Assembly (NCBI GenBank): GCA_044220955.1
Contig: JBGAQA010000015.1
Location: 1 to 64,000 of the forward strand
Source of the DNA: Sandaracinaceae bacterium
Lineage (GTDB): Bacteria > Myxococcota_A > Polyangia > Polyangiales > Sandaracinaceae
Direction of reading: 5' to 3'
Length of the DNA stretch: 64,000 bases
The position numbers and the translations under genes were made by a program. The notes under the pieces were generated by a model that saw only the letters and a list, made by a program, of their open reading frames with translations, did not search any database and had not been told where the DNA came from. Each line of letters opens with the position of its first letter. The first letter of the stretch is position 1. Positions 59,957-64,000 of this stretch are shown here, piece after piece.

Positions 59957-62197
59957 TCACGTCATCCGCTGCTGGCGCTCCTGCATGCGGCGCACTTCCT
60001 CGTCGCTCACGCCGCCGACGAGCTGGATGCGCACGACCTGCTCGCGTCCCGTCTCGAGATCCTTGGCGCGCACGCCGAGCGTGCCGTTGGCATCCATCAC
60101 GAACGTGACGGCGATCTTCACGGTCCCCCGGTGGGCCTGGCGCAGGCCCTCGAGCAGGAGCTCGCCGAGCGCCTGGTTCTCGTCACGCAGGCGCGACTCG
60201 CCCTGCACGATCCGCACGTGGACGGTCTGCTGCCCGTCGGCGGCCGTGGAGAAGATCCGCGTCTGCTCGACCGGGATGGCCGCGTTGCGTCGGATGACCG
60301 GCTCGCAGTAGCCGCCCACGGTCTCGACGCCGAGCGTCTGCGGCGTGACGTCGAGCAAGAGCGGCGGCGCGGCGCTGGTCAGCGGGATGTCGGGCGCCGC
60401 GGCCGCCGCCGGGAAGAAGTCCGAGACCGGCGGGAGCGCCGGCGGCGCGTCACCGAAGAGCTCCTGTCCACCGCCCCACCCGGGCCCCGGTCCTCCCGGT
60501 TCGGCCGGCCACGCCTGCGCCGGCGCCGCCGGGGGCCACGGTGCCACCTGCGGAGGCTCCTCCGGAGGCCACGGCGGCGTCGGAAGCGGCGGCGGCGGCG
60601 CCGAGAGCGGGACCGGCAGCGGCGGCGGCCCCGGCTGCGAGCCGCGCCCCGGGCCCGAGAGCGCCGGGCGCGAGGGCGGCGGCGCGGAGCCCGCGAGCGC
60701 CGGACGCGAGGGCGGCGGGACACTGGGAGCGCGCGCGCCGACGACGACCTGCGCGCGCATCGCGACGACCGCGGCCGCGGGTGCGCCCGGACCACCGAGC
60801 TCCGCGGGCCGCGGTCCTGCCTGCGTCGTCTCTGCGTCGCCGCCCCAGGCGAGGTCGTCCGCCGGCGGCAGGCCCTTGCGCGGCGTCGGCGGCGGTGGCG
60901 GCCGAGGCGCGAACGCCGGCTGCTTCGGTCGCGCCGCCGCGATCTCCTCGCGGATCTCCTGGCGCCGCGCGAGCGCCCGCGGGCTCGGGATCGGCGGCGC
61001 CTTCTTCAGCGCCACGCGCCCGATGGCGCGTGCCGGCGGGATGGATCCGCGGTCGGATCGCAGCGCGAAGCCCTGCAGCGCCGCGCCCTGCGCGACCACC
61101 AGGTCGGGATCGATCGTGGCGAGCGGCTCGCGCCCGAAGAATTCCGCGACGCGCTGTCGCACGAGCGGTGTGCGGGTCGAGCCGCCGACGAGGATCACGT
61201 TGTCCACCTGCGTCGGCGCGAGGTTCGCCATGCGCATCGCGTCCTCGCAGACGTCGAAGGTGCGCCCGACCAGCGGGGCGAGCATCGACTCGAGCGCGTC
61301 GCGGGTCAGCGCGAACTGTAGATCCAGCGAGACGCCTCCCTGTCCGTAGGCGAGCTCCTCGACCCTCAGCGTGACCTCCCGCTCCAGCGAGAGCTGGCAC
61401 TTGCTCCACTCGGCCGCGGCGCGGAGGCGCTCGAACGCCTGCTGGTCCTGCCGCGGGTCGAAGCGGTGATGTGCGAGGAAGGCGTCGGCCATCTTCTCCG
61501 CGATGAGCAGATCGATGTCGTCGCCGCCGAGGAACGTGTCACCGGCCGTCGCGAGCACCTCGAACACGTCGCCGGAGAGCTCGAGGATCGTGACGTCGAA
61601 CGTGCCACCCCCGAGGTCGTAGATCGCGACGCGCTCGCGCGAGCCCTTGCCGTACCCGTACGCGAGCGCTGCCGCCGTGGGCTCGTTCAGGATGCGCAGC
61701 ACCTCGAGGCCGGCGACCTTGCCCGCGGCCTTGGTCGCGGCGCGCTGCAGCTCGTTGAAGTTCGCCGGCACCGTGATCACGGCGCGCGTGCACTCCTGCC
61801 CGAGCGCCGCCTCCGCGACGCGCCGCACCTCGCGCAGCACGAAGGCGCTGATCTCCGGCAGCGTGTACGTCTCGCCGCGCGCGGCGACCACCACGCCCTT
61901 GCTCGGTCCTTCGCGCATCTCGAACGCGAAGCGCTCCCGCGCGCGCTCGACCTCCGCAGACCCCCAGGGGCGCCCGATCAGGCGCTTGATCGAGTAGATC
62001 GTGTTCTTGGCGTCCAGCAGCCGCCGCTCGCGCGCCGGGTAGCCGACCAGCACGTCCCCCTGAGGGTGGAACGAGACGACCGACGGGATGAGCCGGTTGC
62101 CGTCGGGGTCGGCGAGCACCTGTACGCGCGTGCCCTCGGCCACCGCGACCGCACTGTTGGTCGTGCCCAGATCGATGCCGAGGACCACGCCGCTCAC
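59957..62197 (-). CDS. Hsp70/DnaK-family paralog with long Pro-rich insertion and no lid
   Basis: [45 protein letters not shown]. Confidence 0.93.
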   Translation of the reverse strand: MSGVVLGIDLGTTNSAVAVAEGTRVQVLADPDGNRLIPSVVSFHPQGDVLVGYPARERRLLDAKNTIYSIKRLIGRPWGSAEVERARERFAFEMREGPSKGVVVAARGETYTLPEISAFVLREVRRVAEAALGQECTRAVITVPANFNELQRAATKAAGKVAGLEVLRILNEPTAAALAYGYGKGSRERVAIYDLGGGTFDVTILELSGDVFEVLATAGDTFLGGDDIDLLIAEKMADAFLAHHRFDPRQDQQAFERLRAAAEWSKCQLSLEREVTLRVEELAYGQGGVSLDLQFALTRDALESMLAPLVGRTFDVCEDAMRMANLAPTQVDNVILVGGSTRTPLVRQRVAEFFGREPLATIDPDLVVAQGAALQGFALRSDRGSIPPARAIGRVALKKAPPIPSPRALARRQEIREEIAAARPKQPAFAPRPPPPPTPRKGLPPADDLAWGGDAETTQAGPRPAELGGPGAPAAAVVAMRAQVVVGARAPSVPPPSRPALAGSAPPPSRPALSGPGRGSQPGPPPLPVPLSAPPPPLPTPPWPPEEPPQVAPWPPAAPAQAWPAEPGGPGPGWGGGQELFGDAPPALPPVSDFFPAAAAAPDIPLTSAAPPLLLDVTPQTLGVETVGGYCEPVIRRNAAIPVEQTRIFSTAADGQQTVHVRIVQGESRLRDENQALGELLLEGLRQAHRGTVKIAVTFVMDANGTLGVRAKDLETGREQVVRIQLVGGVSDEEVRRMQERQQRMT

Positions 62198-62209
62198 GCG
62201 TCCTGCATC

Positions 62210-62767
62210 CTATCCGACGTCGCGCCGGCCCGCCGCGATGGCGATCCGCGCCAGCTCGGAGTCGATCCAGCCCTCGATCGTCCTGGGGAAGGGCCACATC
62301 CAGCCGTACGCCGCGCTCGTGAACTGCGTGACCAGGTGCGCGCGCAGCTTCGGGTGCCGGGCCGCCTCGATGCCGTTCACCTCGGCGATCGCCCGGAGCG
62401 TCTCGGCATACGCCTCCCACTCGATGCGCGCCCGCCCGTACGCGAGCCCGAGCGGGAGGAACGGGAGCACGTACAAGAGCGACATCCCGATCTGTCCGTA
62501 GCGCTTCATCTGCCGGAAGTGAACGGCTTCGTGTCGAAGCGTGATGTAGCGCTCGGCGTCGGACTTCGCGTCCCAGCCCGCCGGCACGTAGATCGTGCGC
62601 CCCATCACCGTCGTGTACTGGGTGACGTACGTGCTCATCTGGCCGAGCGTGACCGTCCGCAGGAGCACGTCGAGCAGGCGCGAGAGCCGATCGTTCTCCT
62701 TGTGGACGATGCGCAGCGCGCCGAGCTCGCGCTGCATCTCGTCGAAGAACGTGTCCGCCCGACCCAT
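62210..62767 (-). CDS. hypothetical zincin-like protein (HExxH)
   Basis: LRHEAVHFRQ followed by IEWEAY. Confidence 0.75.
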   Translation of the reverse strand: MGRADTFFDEMQRELGALRIVHKENDRLSRLLDVLLRTVTLGQMSTYVTQYTTVMGRTIYVPAGWDAKSDAERYITLRHEAVHFRQMKRYGQIGMSLLYVLPFLPLGLAYGRARIEWEAYAETLRAIAEVNGIEAARHPKLRAHLVTQFTSAAYGWMWPFPRTIEGWIDSELARIAIAAGRRDVG

Positions 62768-62782
62768 CGAGACCGCCCGCCG

Positions 62783-64000
62783 TCAGCTCTCGTGGCCTTC
62801 GGCGCTGCCGTTGCCGCCGGGCTCGGGCGGGGCGAGCGAGTCGGTGATCGTCGGCAGGTGCTGCGCCTCCTCGCCGTCGTCCTTGTCGGCCACCGGCTCC
62901 ACGTCCACGACCTGCTCGCCCGCGCCGACACGGATGATCCGCACGCCCTGCGTGTTGCGGCCCGCCTCGCGCACCTCGCTCACGAAGGTGCGGATGATCT
63001 GCCCGCCGTTCGTGATCACCATGATCTGGTCGTCGGCTCGCACCACGCGCAGCGCGACGAGCGCTCCGTTGCGCTCGCTCGTCTCCATCGCGATGATGCC
63101 GAGGCCGCCGCGGTTCTGGACGCGCCACTCGCCGATCGGCGTCCGCTTCCCGTAGCCGTTCGCGCTGACCGCGAGCACCTGCTCTTGCTCGTCCTCGAGC
63201 ACGTCCATGCCGATCACGTGATCGCCCGGCCGCAGGTCGATGCCTCGCACGCCGCGGGTGTCGCGGCCCATCGGGCGAACGTCGGCGAGGTCGAAGCGGA
63301 TCGACATCCCCTTGGCCGTACCGAGGAGCACCGCGGCCTTCTCCGGGACGATCTTCGCGGTGAGGAGCGCGTCGCCCTCCTCGATCTGCACCGCGATGAT
63401 GCCGCTCTGACGGATGTTGGCGTACGCGCTCATCGCCGTGCGCTTCACCGTGCCGTTCTTGCTCACGGTGAGCAGGAAGTGGCCCTCGTCGTACTCCTTC
63501 ACGGGGACGATGGACTGGATGCGCTCGCCGGTCTCGGCGAGGCCCAAGAGGTTGTTCACGTGGCGCCCGCGCGCCGCGCGTGTCGCCTGGGGGATCTCGT
63601 ACACCTTCTTCGTGTAGACGCGGCCCTGATCGCTCAGGAAGAAGAGGTCCGTGTGGGCGGTCGCCACGAAGAGGGACGTGACCGCGTCCTCTTCCTTCAG
63701 CTCCGCGGCGCGCGTGCCCTTGCCGCCGCGTCCTTGCGCGCGGTACTCGGTGAGCGGCGTGCGCTTGATGTAGCCGCCGATCGTCACGGTGACGGCCATC
63801 GCGTCGTTCGCGACGAGGTCCTCCATCGAGATCTCGCCCTCGACCTGGGTGATCTCCGTCTTGCGCTCGTCACCGTACTTCTCGCGCACCTCGCGGAGCT
63901 CGCTCTCGATCACCTCGAGCAGGAGCTTCTCGCTCGCGAGGATCGCCTTGCAGCGCGCGATGAAGTCCGAGAGCTCGCCGTACTCGGTCGCCAGCTTCTC
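62783..64000 (-). CDS. gyrA: DNA gyrase subunit A, C-terminal part (5' end outside the window)
   Basis: YGDERKTEI; GyrA-box QGRGGKG; beta-pinwheel repeats (MGRDTRGVRGI, GRNTQGVRI). Confidence 0.96.
   Translation of the reverse strand, partial: EKLATEYGELSDFIARCKAILASEKLLLEVIESELREVREKYGDERKTEITQVEGEISMEDLVANDAMAVTVTIGGYIKRTPLTEYRAQGRGGKGTRAAELKEEDAVTSLFVATAHTDLFFLSDQGRVYTKKVYEIPQATRAARGRHVNNLLGLAETGERIQSIVPVKEYDEGHFLLTVSKNGTVKRTAMSAYANIRQSGIIAVQIEEGDALLTAKIVPEKAAVLLGTAKGMSIRFDLADVRPMGRDTRGVRGIDLRPGDHVIGMDVLEDEQEQVLAVSANGYGKRTPIGEWRVQNRGGLGIIAMETSERNGALVALRVVRADDQIMVITNGGQIIRTFVSEVREAGRNTQGVRIIRVGAGEQVVDVEPVADKDDGEEAQHLPTITDSLAPPEPGGNGSAEGHES

Noticed and set aside
62783..64000. parC instead of gyrA
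   Set aside because: A GyrA-box (QGRGGKG) and an acidic tail are present

Overview
Very GC-rich, densely coding chromosomal window. It most likely comes from a Myxococcota (Polyangiales/Sandaracinaceae-like) bacterium; this is inferred from two MYXO-CTERM-like C-termini, many Asp-Ala/Pro-linker lipoproteins, a Pro-expanded DnaK paralog and several sigma54 regulators. Housekeeping genes are hisS, ddl, HMG-CoA lyase and the 3' part of gyrA. I found no rRNA, tRNA, CRISPR array, transposase or integrase. Highlights: (1) a three-gene DAB/MpsAB-type inorganic-carbon pump operon (dabA, dabB and an extra degenerate NuoM-like subunit) behind a sigma54 -24/-12 promoter. It lies divergent from a sensor-less enhancer-binding protein and a sigma54-promoted HAMP kinase/NtrC pair, and both promoter regions share a GGC-N5-GCC motif. 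(2) A TAnnnT -10 box 6-8 nt before the start codon of many genes, which implies pervasive leaderless mRNAs. (3) The same rule reveals two unannotated elements: a lipoprotein-type ORF running into a Phd-VapC toxin-antitoxin module, and a structured leader/uORF upstream of ddl. (4) An LDL-receptor class A repeat lipoprotein, a frameshifted DUF2330 gene, a MerR-type operator, hexamer microsatellites and several internally duplicated uncharacterised proteins. All family calls come from motif recognition by eye; no database searches were run.
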